Source: Candidatus Aenigmatarchaeota archaeon (GTDB lineage: Archaea > Aenigmatarchaeota > Aenigmatarchaeia > JACPZZ01). From it: a DNA stretch of 18,792 nucleotides. Position numbers and translations under genes: made by a program. The notes beneath the pieces are model-generated. The model searched no databases. It was not told where the DNA came from and saw nothing but the letters and a program-made list of their open reading frames with translations. The DNA lies in NCBI GenBank assembly GCA_016202795.1, contig JACQNY010000111.1:1-18792 (forward strand), given 5' to 3'. The first letter of the stretch is position 1, and every line of letters begins with the position of its first letter. Below are positions 7,431 through 15,695 of this stretch, piece after piece.

Positions 7431-8711
7431 TTAAACCTTGATTTTCCCTATCTCAACAACATCCAACGCTTTCACCTTTGCCCTGTTATTTATTATTCCC
7501 GTAAACGACGGCTCAGTGCGCCCGTCATCGCCTGTGACTAGCTCCTTAACGTACATACCGGCCTCTGTCTTTATCAAAAACTCAACCCGCTTCTTCGAAA
7601 TTATGCGGCCTGTTAATTTCAATACCCTCCGCTCCCGGATCAAATCCGCCCTGCGATGCGCGACCCGAACCGGCGTTCGCTGTTTTATCAGGTTTCTGAT
7701 CTTCAAAATTTTCCTGATATCCTCTTTCTTGACAGGTTTTTCAAAATCCACAATAATCCTGTACGTCTTTGTCAGCTTGGCCGCCTTTATTTTCCTCGCC
7801 GTGTCCTTGCCGCAGAACTTTACGAGCCTGACTTTGACGCGTTTGTCTTTGTTTACAATCTTCTCGATATCTTTCAGTTTTATTTTTCTTTTGACAGGAT
7901 CCTTTAATTCCATGACAAACGGCCTCCAGCCCAGGCAGCGCGCGTCGATATCTTCCCGCCCGGCGCCGTGCATGCTGCTGTTTGGCGCGCTAAAGGCACG
8001 CAGCAAAGGTTTTGCTATTATTTCTTCAACTGATGTGGGGTACATTTTGCCTGTATTTTTGCATTTTTTACACCCACTGCCATTGCAATTCCTGCACGGC
8101 CACTTCGTCTGCGGTATCCCGCGCACAAGTTTCTGGTAAAGCCCGTAAATCCAGACCTGTGAAGGTTTTATTTCGATGTTGTTTTTGTCCATATCCAACA
8201 GGACAACAATGTCCGGATTCTCAAAATCCGCTTTTTTTCCGGTTGTTTTTTCGATTAATTTTCCCAATTCCCTGTTTATCTCGGCTTTAATAGGCTCGCA
8301 ATGCTCGGCGCCGATCTCTTCCCATAAAACCTCCTCGCGGCCGGCGATATCGCCGGAAACTTTCGTCCCGACCACAAAATTTTCATACTCAAATTTGGAA
8401 AGCCTGCTCGCGGCTTTCTTAGCGACAACGCCCAGCGCATCAAAAAAATTTCCGCATATCTTGCACACCAGCTTTTGTTTTTCTTTTTTAATTTTGGAGT
8501 TTCTGAAAACGTAGCCGCTTAGGTTGGATGCATCAATTTCTATTTTCCCGTTCCCGTCCTCTGCGAACGCAAAAATATCCCTGATCGCTTTTCCTCTCGC
8601 AGCGTTTGTAGTCCCCTTGGTCAATTGGGCAAACTGGCGCCCGAGACAGTGATCGCAGATGTAGCCGTTTTTCATTATTTGTTTTGCTTTTTCCAAAATC
8701 GAAGTTGTCAT
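7431..8711 (-). CDS. pus10: tRNA pseudouridine(54/55) synthase Pus10
   Basis: 426 aa. N-terminal Zn-binding 'CDHCLGR' ... 'CKICG', a THUMP-like middle region, and a catalytic-core 'GREDIDARCLG' followed by 'YVKELV'. Confidence 0.9.
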   Translation of the reverse strand: MTTSILEKAKQIMKNGYICDHCLGRQFAQLTKGTTNAARGKAIRDIFAFAEDGNGKIEIDASNLSGYVFRNSKIKKEKQKLVCKICGNFFDALGVVAKKAASRLSKFEYENFVVGTKVSGDIAGREEVLWEEIGAEHCEPIKAEINRELGKLIEKTTGKKADFENPDIVVLLDMDKNNIEIKPSQVWIYGLYQKLVRGIPQTKWPCRNCNGSGCKKCKNTGKMYPTSVEEIIAKPLLRAFSAPNSSMHGAGREDIDARCLGWRPFVMELKDPVKRKIKLKDIEKIVNKDKRVKVRLVKFCGKDTARKIKAAKLTKTYRIIVDFEKPVKKEDIRKILKIRNLIKQRTPVRVAHRRADLIRERRVLKLTGRIISKKRVEFLIKTEAGMYVKELVTGDDGRTEPSFTGIINNRAKVKALDVVEIGKIKV

Positions 8712-9184
8712 ATCTTTTTCACGCTGACCGAATTATTTTCAATCTCAATTACCGCGCAACGCGATTTTTTATCAACGCCTAAACCTGTTGCAGAACCGGG
8801 ATTCACAAATGTTATTCCGTTTCTTTGCCAAACGTCCTGCTCGTGCGTATGCCCGTAAATTAGGATATCCGCGCCGTATCTTTTCGCTATTGCGAACAAC
8901 TGGTCTTTATCGCCTCTCGGACGCACGTCGTCGCTGTGCGTAATAACTATGTTTTTTCCTTCTATATCAATTCGTTCAATTTTCGGAAATCCCAGATGAT
9001 CCATATTTCCGCGCACAATTTTGTGCTGTTTGCCAGAGTTTTTAACAAATTCAACAATTTCTTCGCCGGTTAAATCGCCAGTGCATACTATAAAATCGCA
9101 GGCGTAAAGTTCTTTGCGTATTTCATCTGGTATTTTGCTCGTGCGGTCCGGGACATGCGAATCGCCAAAAATGCCGATCTTCAT
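8708..9184 (-). CDS. metallophosphoesterase, YfcE/MJ0936 family
   Basis: 158 aa. Motifs 'GDSH', 'GDL', 'GNMD', 'GHTH'. ATGA overlap with pus10. Confidence 0.85.
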   Translation of the reverse strand: MKIGIFGDSHVPDRTSKIPDEIRKELYACDFIVCTGDLTGEEIVEFVKNSGKQHKIVRGNMDHLGFPKIERIDIEGKNIVITHSDDVRPRGDKDQLFAIAKRYGADILIYGHTHEQDVWQRNGITFVNPGSATGLGVDKKSRCAVIEIENNSVSVKKI

Positions 9185-9190
9185 GAAAAT

Positions 9191-10513
9191 TCACATCTTC
9201 ATTCCGAACTGCTTGGCTAATTGGGCAAAGCCCCCGCGTTTAAGATTTTTTCCGCCCACCATCTTCATCATTTTTTTCGTTCGGTCGTAATGTTTTATCA
9301 GTTCTTTGATATCTTCGTCTTTTAATCCAGATCCTAATGCTATTCTCGTTATCCTCGACGCGTCGATTACAGAAGGGTCTTGCTTCTCCTTATCCGTCAT
9401 CGAATCCATCGCAATTTTCCATTTTGCCATCTGCTTTTCCTGTACTTCCAAAATTCCCTCGGGCATTTTCAATCCCGGTATCATCTGCATAACCTGCTTT
9501 AATGGTCCCATTTTTTTTATTGATTCGATCTGCTCGTAAAAATCCTGCAACGAATATTTTCCGCTCATCATATTTTCCGCGGACTTCGTCAATTCAGGAG
9601 ACTTAATTTCCTCAGCCTTCTCGATAAGGCTTTGCAAATCGCCGTAACCGATTAACCGTGAAACGAAGCGTTTCGGGTCGTATTGCTCAAAATCGTCGAC
9701 CTTCTCGCCGATACCAATGAATTTTATAGGCGCTTTGACTATGGAACAAGAGCTTAACGCCGCGCCTCCTTTTGCGGTCCCGTCCATTTTCGTCACTATG
9801 ACGCCTGTTATGCCAACTAGCTTCGCAAACTCTTCTGACTGTTTTCCTGCGACCTGGCCAATTTCGGCAGGTATGACTAAAAAAACTTCATCCGGCATTA
9901 TCGTGTCCTTCAAATTTTTAAGTTCGTTAGCCAGGTCGGCGTCCAATGCGTTGCGTCCTGCAGAATCAAAAATGATAACGTCGCGGTCAGAGAATTTTTT
10001 AATCGCCTCGCTCGCTGTTTTAGCAGCGTCGCTGCCCGAAGCGTAAGACGGAACACCGATTTGACTGCCCAGTTGTATAACCTGTTCCTGCGCAGCCGGG
10101 CGGAACGTATCGCAACCGACCAACGCCGGCTTCAGACCTTTGCGCAGGAAAAACCTGGCTAGTTTCGCAGACGTTGTTGTTTTACCCGAACCAAACAAAC
10201 CGACTAAAAGTATTTTCTGTTTTTTTAACTCTACAGAACCGGTTTCGCGGCCTAAAAAGTTAACAAGCTCGTCGTAAACGGTTTTTATCATATGTTCCTT
10301 GGCTGTAATTCCGGCTGTCGGTTTTTCGTTAAGAACCCGGTCCCGTATTTTGTTAGACAGGTTAAAAACCAATTTCACGTCAACGTCAGCCTGCAGCAAG
10401 GCGCGCTGCAGATCTCGTATAAACTCGTCTACAATAGCCTTATCAACGAATCCTTTGCCAGTAATTTTGCGCAAAGCGTTTGAAAGCGCTTCGCCCAGCT
10501 TATCCAAAACCAT
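9191..10513 (-). CDS. srp54: signal recognition particle protein SRP54
   Basis: I place the start at the ATG giving 'MVLDKLGEAL' (the listed ORF begins at an upstream TTG). G domain 'GLFGSGKTTT', 'DTFRPAA', 'TKMDG'. Met-rich M domain at the C-terminus. Confidence 0.95.
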   Translation of the reverse strand: MVLDKLGEALSNALRKITGKGFVDKAIVDEFIRDLQRALLQADVDVKLVFNLSNKIRDRVLNEKPTAGITAKEHMIKTVYDELVNFLGRETGSVELKKQKILLVGLFGSGKTTTSAKLARFFLRKGLKPALVGCDTFRPAAQEQVIQLGSQIGVPSYASGSDAAKTASEAIKKFSDRDVIIFDSAGRNALDADLANELKNLKDTIMPDEVFLVIPAEIGQVAGKQSEEFAKLVGITGVIVTKMDGTAKGGAALSSCSIVKAPIKFIGIGEKVDDFEQYDPKRFVSRLIGYGDLQSLIEKAEEIKSPELTKSAENMMSGKYSLQDFYEQIESIKKMGPLKQVMQMIPGLKMPEGILEVQEKQMAKWKIAMDSMTDKEKQDPSVIDASRITRIALGSGLKDEDIKELIKHYDRTKKMMKMVGGKNLKRGGFAQLAKQFGMKM

Positions 10514-10590
10514 GGTATCAACTATAATATGCCGTAGCAATAAAAAGCGGCTACAATGTTGCTAAAATACGTTATTTGACGATGATTAGA

Positions 10591-10598
10591 TTTATATA
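10591..10598 (+). promoter_or_regulatory. TATA box of the orphan gene at 10629
   Basis: A consensus 'TTTATATA' ends 30 nt upstream of the ATG at 10629. Confidence 0.5.
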
Positions 10599-10628
10599 TT
10601 GTAACTACTAATCAGTGGGATCGATATT

Positions 10629-11366
10629 ATGCTGAATTTGTTTAAGGATTTGTTCGGTGAAAGTGTTCTTGTAGTACAAGGTGTCGCAGAAGCCCACCCG
10701 GCCTCCATTTTAAACAACGCATTAAACGCGCTTGGTATGAAATTTGACGGTCAGCCCGAGGATGGGCCGATTGATCTAGATTATCTTAGGGAAATGGCAA
10801 AAAATGAGAGAGTTGAAAGGGCGTATTGGGATGGCTGGAAGCATCTGGTGTCGTGTTTTGCGAACGATTACAACGCCTACAAATGGGCTGCTGGGGAAAT
10901 AGAACGTGCGCAATCCATATCACTTGAGGAAAGGCGAATGGTTCAATCGCTCAGGCCGAAAACACTTTACGTAGAAGGCTGTTCTGAATTTCCGTCGTCT
11001 GTTGTTGGTCTTGTCGCTAAAAGAATGGGCTCCAACGTTGTGTGCCTTGATGAAGGTTTCGAGCCCTATCTCGAATGGCAAAAAAGCAAATTCAAAATCG
11101 ACCTTTCCTATGTTCAGAGAGGCCGTGAAGCTCATTGGTTGCAAATGGTCCGGGAAAACAAACCTCACAGAAACTCCTTGATGATAGCTGGAAGAAGTCA
11201 TTTAATAACGCCGTCACAGGAAGATATTTTGAAAAGCCCTTCAAGGCGTTACATTGGCAATTTTCCAGATTTATTGAGATGTGCAGGGATAAGGTTTTCC
11301 ATGTATGCTGATTTGAGTCAGCCTGAATTGGCTGTAAGAGCGGCGCCCGCTCTGTATCGTGCATGA
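10629..11366 (+). CDS. hypothetical protein; possibly a remote TraB/TIKI/ChaN-superfamily-like fold
   Basis: 245 aa, soluble, with its own TATA box. It is the only plus-strand gene in a minus-strand housekeeping block. 'RGREAHWLQMV' followed 22 aa later by 'MIAGRSHL' resembles the R[DE]xxM ... GxxH C-terminal motifs of that superfamily. The functional call is weak. Confidence 0.55.
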   Translation: MLNLFKDLFGESVLVVQGVAEAHPASILNNALNALGMKFDGQPEDGPIDLDYLREMAKNERVERAYWDGWKHLVSCFANDYNAYKWAAGEIERAQSISLEERRMVQSLRPKTLYVEGCSEFPSSVVGLVAKRMGSNVVCLDEGFEPYLEWQKSKFKIDLSYVQRGREAHWLQMVRENKPHRNSLMIAGRSHLITPSQEDILKSPSRRYIGNFPDLLRCAGIRFSMYADLSQPELAVRAAPALYRA

Positions 11367-11374
11367 CTTTTCGT

Positions 11375-12016
11375 CTAACTGAACAATCTCTCAACTATTT
11401 TTCCCGGATCAAACTCTTCCAAATCATCGTAGCCCTGCCCGACTCCTAAAAATAAAATCGGTTTTTTTATTGTGTGCGTCGCCGATAAAATCGCGCCGCC
11501 TTTTTCGTAAACATCCGCCTTAGTGAAAACAATCGCATCAACGCCAACAGCCTCGTCGAATTTCTTCGCCTGCTCGACGATATCGTTGCCCGTCAAACTA
11601 TCAAGAACAAGTATTTTCATTGCCGGCTTGTTAACGCGGCATACTTTTTTCAACTCGTCCATTAAATTCGCATTCACATGCGTCCTTCCTGCCGTGTCCG
11701 CTAAAACGACATCTATGTTATGCGCCGTTGCGTACTTCATCGAGTCGAATATCACGGCCGCGGAATCCGCTCCATAGCCGTGCTTGATAACCTTTATTCC
11801 AAGTCTGTCGCCGTGCGCCTGCAACTGCTCTATGCTCGCTGCTCTGAAAGAATCTCCGGCAGCGAAAACGCAGCTCATTCCTTTATTTTTTAAGTGGTTT
11901 CCGATGCGCGCCAACGTTGTTGTCTTGCCCGCGCCGTTAAATCCTATTAACAAAAAAAGCACGGGCCTGTCTTTGCTTTTTACAAAATCGACGGTGTTAA
12001 TTTTTTCCTGCGCCAA
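11375..12016 (-). CDS. ftsY: SRP receptor FtsY, NG-domain portion (frame stays open upstream to 12121)
   Basis: 'LLIGFNGAGKTTT', 'DSFRAAS', 'DTAGR', 'TKADV' are SRP-GTPase G motifs. The listed start is a TTG. The same frame stays open up to the TAG at 12122..12124 and encodes N-domain sequence there. Confidence 0.9.
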   Translation of the reverse strand: MAQEKINTVDFVKSKDRPVLFLLIGFNGAGKTTTLARIGNHLKNKGMSCVFAAGDSFRAASIEQLQAHGDRLGIKVIKHGYGADSAAVIFDSMKYATAHNIDVVLADTAGRTHVNANLMDELKKVCRVNKPAMKILVLDSLTGNDIVEQAKKFDEAVGVDAIVFTKADVYEKGGAILSATHTIKKPILFLGVGQGYDDLEEFDPGKIVERLFS

Positions 12017-12121
12017 TATGCCGGAAACGCTTTTCCTCAGAGTTTCTTTGACAATATCCTCGACTTTGGCGCGCTTTACGCTCCTGCCGGAAAGGTTTTT
12101 TTCAACATCGCCGCATATTTT

Positions 12122-12418
12122 CTAGGCGACTTCTATCGCGACGTCATTTTCCATCAAGCCGATTTTCAAGTCGTCGATAATGTTTTCTATGTCCTCGGGT
12201 TTGATTGTTACTTCGGTTATTTTCTTTGTAAATTTTTTCGTTATCTTTTCAAAAAATCCCTGATTCTTTGCATCAGATTCGCTTTCAACTTCAATGGATT
12301 CTGGTTTTATTTCTCCGGTTTTATTCAGCTCTTTGGCCGCTTCCTCCGGTTTTTTAGAAACAGCCTTTGCTATGTTGCCTATCGATTCTTTGATCTTCTT
12401 TTTCAGAAATCCGAACAT
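12122..12418 (-). CDS. ftsY: SRP receptor FtsY, N-terminal fragment (charged A-like region plus first N-domain helix), ending at an in-frame TAG
   Basis: 98 aa. K/E-rich, ending 'IENIIDDLKIGLMENDVAIEVA*'. It is in the same reading frame as 11375..12121. Confidence 0.8.
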   Translation of the reverse strand: MFGFLKKKIKESIGNIAKAVSKKPEEAAKELNKTGEIKPESIEVESESDAKNQGFFEKITKKFTKKITEVTIKPEDIENIIDDLKIGLMENDVAIEVA

Positions 12419-12445
12419 TCTATCACTCGGCAGGCTTCTAATCGC

Positions 12446-12892
12446 TTACTTTGGCCGTTCAGAATAATTCATTTCGCCGGCAAGGCTTTCTATTTCCGGC
12501 AATATGGACTGGATCTGTGCCGTTACGCTTCCCATGTCTTTCAGCAATTTCGTGTAAGATCCTTCCATTTCTTTCATTCTTTGCCCCAATATCTTTCCCG
12601 CCTCTTCTCTGTTTTCCTTGACCACTATGTCCGAGCCGATCGCTATCATTATTTCATCCACGTCGTCAATTTTTCCGTGTACAAACGTACCTGCACCAAG
12701 AGGTATTAATGCGCTGCTTCGGTGGTCGATCTCGTCCAGCGCGTTTATAGTGGCCTGTGTTTCGAGGATTGCGGATTGCATAGCCTCGGCCTGTTTGCTC
12801 ATGTTATCCAGCTGCTCTTTCAAGAACTGGTACAAAAAGTATTTCTGTTCGAGTTCTTTTTTCTTGTCTTCCAGCTTAATCGCCTTGAACAT
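12446..12892 (-). CDS. pfdA: prefoldin subunit alpha
   Basis: 148 aa. Coiled-coil, then beta-hairpin core ('ALIPLGAGTFVHGKI ... IMIAIGSDIVVE'), then coiled-coil. The position next to ftsY is conserved in archaea. Confidence 0.85.
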   Translation of the reverse strand: MFKAIKLEDKKKELEQKYFLYQFLKEQLDNMSKQAEAMQSAILETQATINALDEIDHRSSALIPLGAGTFVHGKIDDVDEIMIAIGSDIVVKENREEAGKILGQRMKEMEGSYTKLLKDMGSVTAQIQSILPEIESLAGEMNYSERPK

Positions 12893-12895
12893 TAA

Positions 12896-14323
12896 TCAGG
12901 GATAATACTTATATAACTTGGTGCCATTTTCCTCGCGGATTACCCGGAAATAAGAAGAATTTAGGCTCTTTTCAGTCACTACGTATTCGACGCCCCGCGT
13001 GATTAAGGTTTTCGCAGGGTCGTAATTTTTTCTGATTTCGTTTATCGCGTTTTTCCTGTCGTCCAGCAACCGCCTGTATTTTTCTGTGAAAACCTCCAGC
13101 TCGGATATGCGCGGGTTCATTGGGTATTTATGCGCTATCAACGCAAACCAAACCTCATAATCCCCGTCCACCAACACTAAGCTTTTCGAAGTGTCGTTAT
13201 TCCTGGCCCATTCTGCCAGGTTAGTTTGCGCTTGGTTTGGTATATCCTTGGAAACGCAGCAATTATGCAAGTTAATGGCATTTGTATAGGGGTTAAGCGC
13301 GACCAGAAACATCAAAGCCCCCAGAGCCGCAAATTTTCCAAGGCTGGTTTTTTTGGATAGATTAAAAACTCCCACGGCCGCAAGCGGCGGCGCGACAACC
13401 GCCAGCATGTCAGGAAATTTATACTGGGTCCCCGGCACATGAAAAATTGTGAATATGAATGTGAATAAAAAGGCTGCTATGGGAAAATATATTTTTTTTG
13501 TATATAGGTAAAACATTCCGGCCGTTGATAACAACAAAAGTATTGCGCCCATTCTGGAGCCTGGCATAACGCTGAAAAACATATCGCTGATTTTCTCGGC
13601 GCCCACGAAACCGGACTTATAATACCAGATCGTATTTTCCCATCTGTTGTTTATCGCATTATCGGCTATCTCCATGTATCTGGGCAACCAGACAACAGAT
13701 ATCAGAAAAGCTGCCAATACAAAGGCCGTGGCATGCTCGGATTTTATTTTCTTCCTGTCCATGAAATAATAAATCACAATCAACGCTGCCGTATACACGG
13801 CTGTAAAAGTGTGCGATAAAGCTGTTAGGCCGGAAAAGATTCCGGCGTTTATATAACTCCTTTTTGCAAGGAAATACAGAACAATAACAAGCAAGTTCAT
13901 CGACAACAATTGTGGATACTCGCCTGCGGCAAACACTTCTATCAGGCTGGCCTGGATTGCTCCGAAGAATGAGAATAAAACCGCTTCTTTTTCACCGAAA
14001 GCACGGCCGTAAATATAAAATGAAACCGGGAACAACGCGTATAAAAACAGCCCCATAAAAATCACTATTTTGTAAGTTTCAAACCCTGACGCGGATAACA
14101 GGAATGCGACCCAGTGGAAAAGCGGAGGATATGTGTACGCAACATCTGCCAACGGCTCCCACGTCCGCGGAATAAGGTTTGCAGGTATCAAGTATGTCGC
14201 TATCTCTGCATGCAATGCAGGATCGTACGTAAGAGGCAGCGGGCTTATTATTTTGTAGCCCGAAACCAGCAAATATACGGACAAAATAACCGGAACGAAA
14301 TAAGCATACTTTCTTAATTTCAC
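12896..14323 (-). CDS. polytopic membrane protein with C-terminal soluble domain; possible GT-C-fold glycosyltransferase
   Basis: 475 aa, GTG start in a GTGA overlap with the NUDIX gene. About 10 or more hydrophobic helices and a first-loop 'YDPALHAE' acidic motif reminiscent of GT-C enzymes. No WWDYG motif is present. The functional call is weak. Confidence 0.6.
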   Translation of the reverse strand: MKLRKYAYFVPVILSVYLLVSGYKIISPLPLTYDPALHAEIATYLIPANLIPRTWEPLADVAYTYPPLFHWVAFLLSASGFETYKIVIFMGLFLYALFPVSFYIYGRAFGEKEAVLFSFFGAIQASLIEVFAAGEYPQLLSMNLLVIVLYFLAKRSYINAGIFSGLTALSHTFTAVYTAALIVIYYFMDRKKIKSEHATAFVLAAFLISVVWLPRYMEIADNAINNRWENTIWYYKSGFVGAEKISDMFFSVMPGSRMGAILLLLSTAGMFYLYTKKIYFPIAAFLFTFIFTIFHVPGTQYKFPDMLAVVAPPLAAVGVFNLSKKTSLGKFAALGALMFLVALNPYTNAINLHNCCVSKDIPNQAQTNLAEWARNNDTSKSLVLVDGDYEVWFALIAHKYPMNPRISELEVFTEKYRRLLDDRKNAINEIRKNYDPAKTLITRGVEYVVTEKSLNSSYFRVIREENGTKLYKYYP

Positions 14324-14730
14324 TTTCTGGCCTCTTGTTTGAAATAATCTTTCAGAATTTTGCTGTGGTCAAAGGCGAGCTTCATGCTTCCAATTTCCTT
14401 TTCTGAGAACAAAGCCGCCTCTTCTGCGTCGTCGCCGCTTTTCAACTTCCCAGATATTTTTTTTGCCGAAAATGCTATCGCAACTCGATGTTCATTGTCA
14501 GGATTTCTTTTAGGGTCTGAATAGACTCCGATTAATCCTATCAACCTTGTTTTCAATCCTGTTTCTTCCTTCGCCTCCCGTACCGCAGCATGTTCCACTT
14601 TCTCCATGTAATTCACATGGCCGCCGGGCAGCGCCCAATAGCCCTTAAAGCCGCGCCCACGCCTCTTTATCAAAACTATTTTTCCTACTATTTCTATGAC
14701 CGCGTCGACTGTCAGTGTTGTACGCTTCAT
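14320..14730 (-). CDS. NUDIX hydrolase
   Basis: 136 aa. Nudix box 'GGHVNYMEKVEHAAVREAKEETGL' (GX5EX7REUXEEXGU). Confidence 0.9.
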   Translation of the reverse strand: MKRTTLTVDAVIEIVGKIVLIKRRGRGFKGYWALPGGHVNYMEKVEHAAVREAKEETGLKTRLIGLIGVYSDPKRNPDNEHRVAIAFSAKKISGKLKSGDDAEEAALFSEKEIGSMKLAFDHSKILKDYFKQEARK

Positions 14731-14738
14731 TTTACTGC

Positions 14739-15077
14739 CTACAAAAGTTTTATGTCACCGGTAATTTTATCTATCTTCTCGTCGGCTGCGGGTCCTATGG
14801 CCAGAGCTGTTATCGTTCCCGCGTCCAGCTGGGTCAACCCGGCATCAGCGACCAGGAAACACGGTAGTCGCATTCTTCTAGCCTTGTGGTACAAATCCCT
14901 GATAAGATTTTCGCCGGAAACTTTCAGCGCTATTTTCTTGGAACCGGCCATATTCCACGAACTCAGAACGTTCTCGTCAGCTTCCATTGCAGCTCCGATC
15001 GAAGCGTGGCAGGCCTGAGCTATTTTTTTCCCTACAGACATTTTTATGTCTGTACGGACCAGAATAACCTGTTTCAC
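14739..15077 (-). CDS. pth2: peptidyl-tRNA hydrolase Pth2 (archaeal type)
   Basis: I place the start at the GTG at 15075..15077, giving 'VKQVILVRTDIKMSVGKKIAQACHAS'. An AGGAGG lies 7 nt upstream, and the start forms a GTGA overlap with the upstream gene's stop. The C-terminal 'ALAIGP' is typical of Pth2. Confidence 0.9.
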   Translation of the reverse strand: MKQVILVRTDIKMSVGKKIAQACHASIGAAMEADENVLSSWNMAGSKKIALKVSGENLIRDLYHKARRMRLPCFLVADAGLTQLDAGTITALAIGPAADEKIDKITGDIKLL

Positions 15078-15694
15078 CTGCCCGCCTCCTTCACAGAATA
15101 CAAAATCCTCTGCATAACCGTTACGAATGACAATAAAATCAGTGATAGAACAACGTAAGATATTACCCAAGTCCCGTAATAAAACGAAATCGCAACTGAA
15201 ATTAACAATATTGAAACGCGCTCAAATCTTTCCAACAGGCCGCCCATCGATCGTAATTTATCCGCACCCGTGACGATTTTTTTGTGGTCCGCGTAAGCTC
15301 TGGTGTAAGAAGTCATTGTGCTCAGGAAAAGCAGGACCGCAAGCGCTATCTTGGAATCCAATAAAACATTTGGCAATTCGTAAAACATCAGGCCTACCAT
15401 TATAAAAGCCTCTACGAAACGGTCCGAGACGCCGTCGATGTAAGCGCCTTTTCTTGTTGTTTTTCTTGTATAACGCGCGACCGCGCCGTCGACATAGTCG
15501 ATTGCGAAGGCCGCAAAGAATAACGCCAAAGACTTCCCAAGGTCTTTATACACAGCCGAAAATGCGAATCCTGTAACAGCTAACACAAGCGATAACAATG
15601 TCCACTGGTTGGGTGTAACCGGCATTTTGGAAAATACGCTGCCCGTAATCTTTTCAACACACTCGATAAACGTGGGTCTTTTGGATTTTATCAA
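15074..15694 (-). CDS. CDP-alcohol phosphatidyltransferase (archaeal polar-lipid head-group synthase)
   Basis: 206 aa and polytopic. The signature 'DYVDGAVARYTRKTTRKGAYIDGVSDR' fits D-x2-D-G-x2-A-R-x8-G-x3-D-x3-D. TTG start 1 nt after the carS stop. Confidence 0.85.
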   Translation of the reverse strand: MIKSKRPTFIECVEKITGSVFSKMPVTPNQWTLLSLVLAVTGFAFSAVYKDLGKSLALFFAAFAIDYVDGAVARYTRKTTRKGAYIDGVSDRFVEAFIMVGLMFYELPNVLLDSKIALAVLLFLSTMTSYTRAYADHKKIVTGADKLRSMGGLLERFERVSILLISVAISFYYGTWVISYVVLSLILLSFVTVMQRILYSVKEAGR

Positions 15695-15695
15695 A

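Noticed and set aside
7438-8139. A 233-aa plus-strand ORF (with neighbours 7656..7907, 8012..8290 and 8176..8514) inside pus10
   Set aside because: These are antisense shadows of a K/E-rich gene. Their composition is low-complexity and S/F/L-rich, with no motifs, while the Pus10 frame has clear catalytic and Zn motifs.
10514-10540. TTG-initiated N-terminal extension of SRP54 ('MLRHIIVDT'), and likewise the 31-codon extension of Pth2 (15078..15170)
   Set aside because: The internal starts give the canonical family N-termini (MVLDKLG..., VKQVILVRTD...). The Pth2 GTG also has an AGGAGG RBS and a GTGA overlap with the upstream stop.
12122-12124. TAG as a reassigned sense codon or pyrrolysine codon explaining the ftsY interruption
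   Set aside because: TAG ends pilin 2, pilin 3, ftsY, pth2, ef1b and the small Zn protein at their expected C-termini. No pyl genes or suppressor tRNA are visible here. Local read-through or a sequence error remains possible and is reported as a finding.
14590-15018. A 142-aa plus-strand ORF spanning the nudix/pth2 junction, and similar antisense ORFs elsewhere (e.g. 2170..2466, 3255..3578, 4038..4396, 9717..10046, 11784..12125, 15869..16195, 18196..18639)
   Set aside because: Each lies fully antisense to a gene with strong family motifs. None has promoter or RBS context or any recognisable domain.
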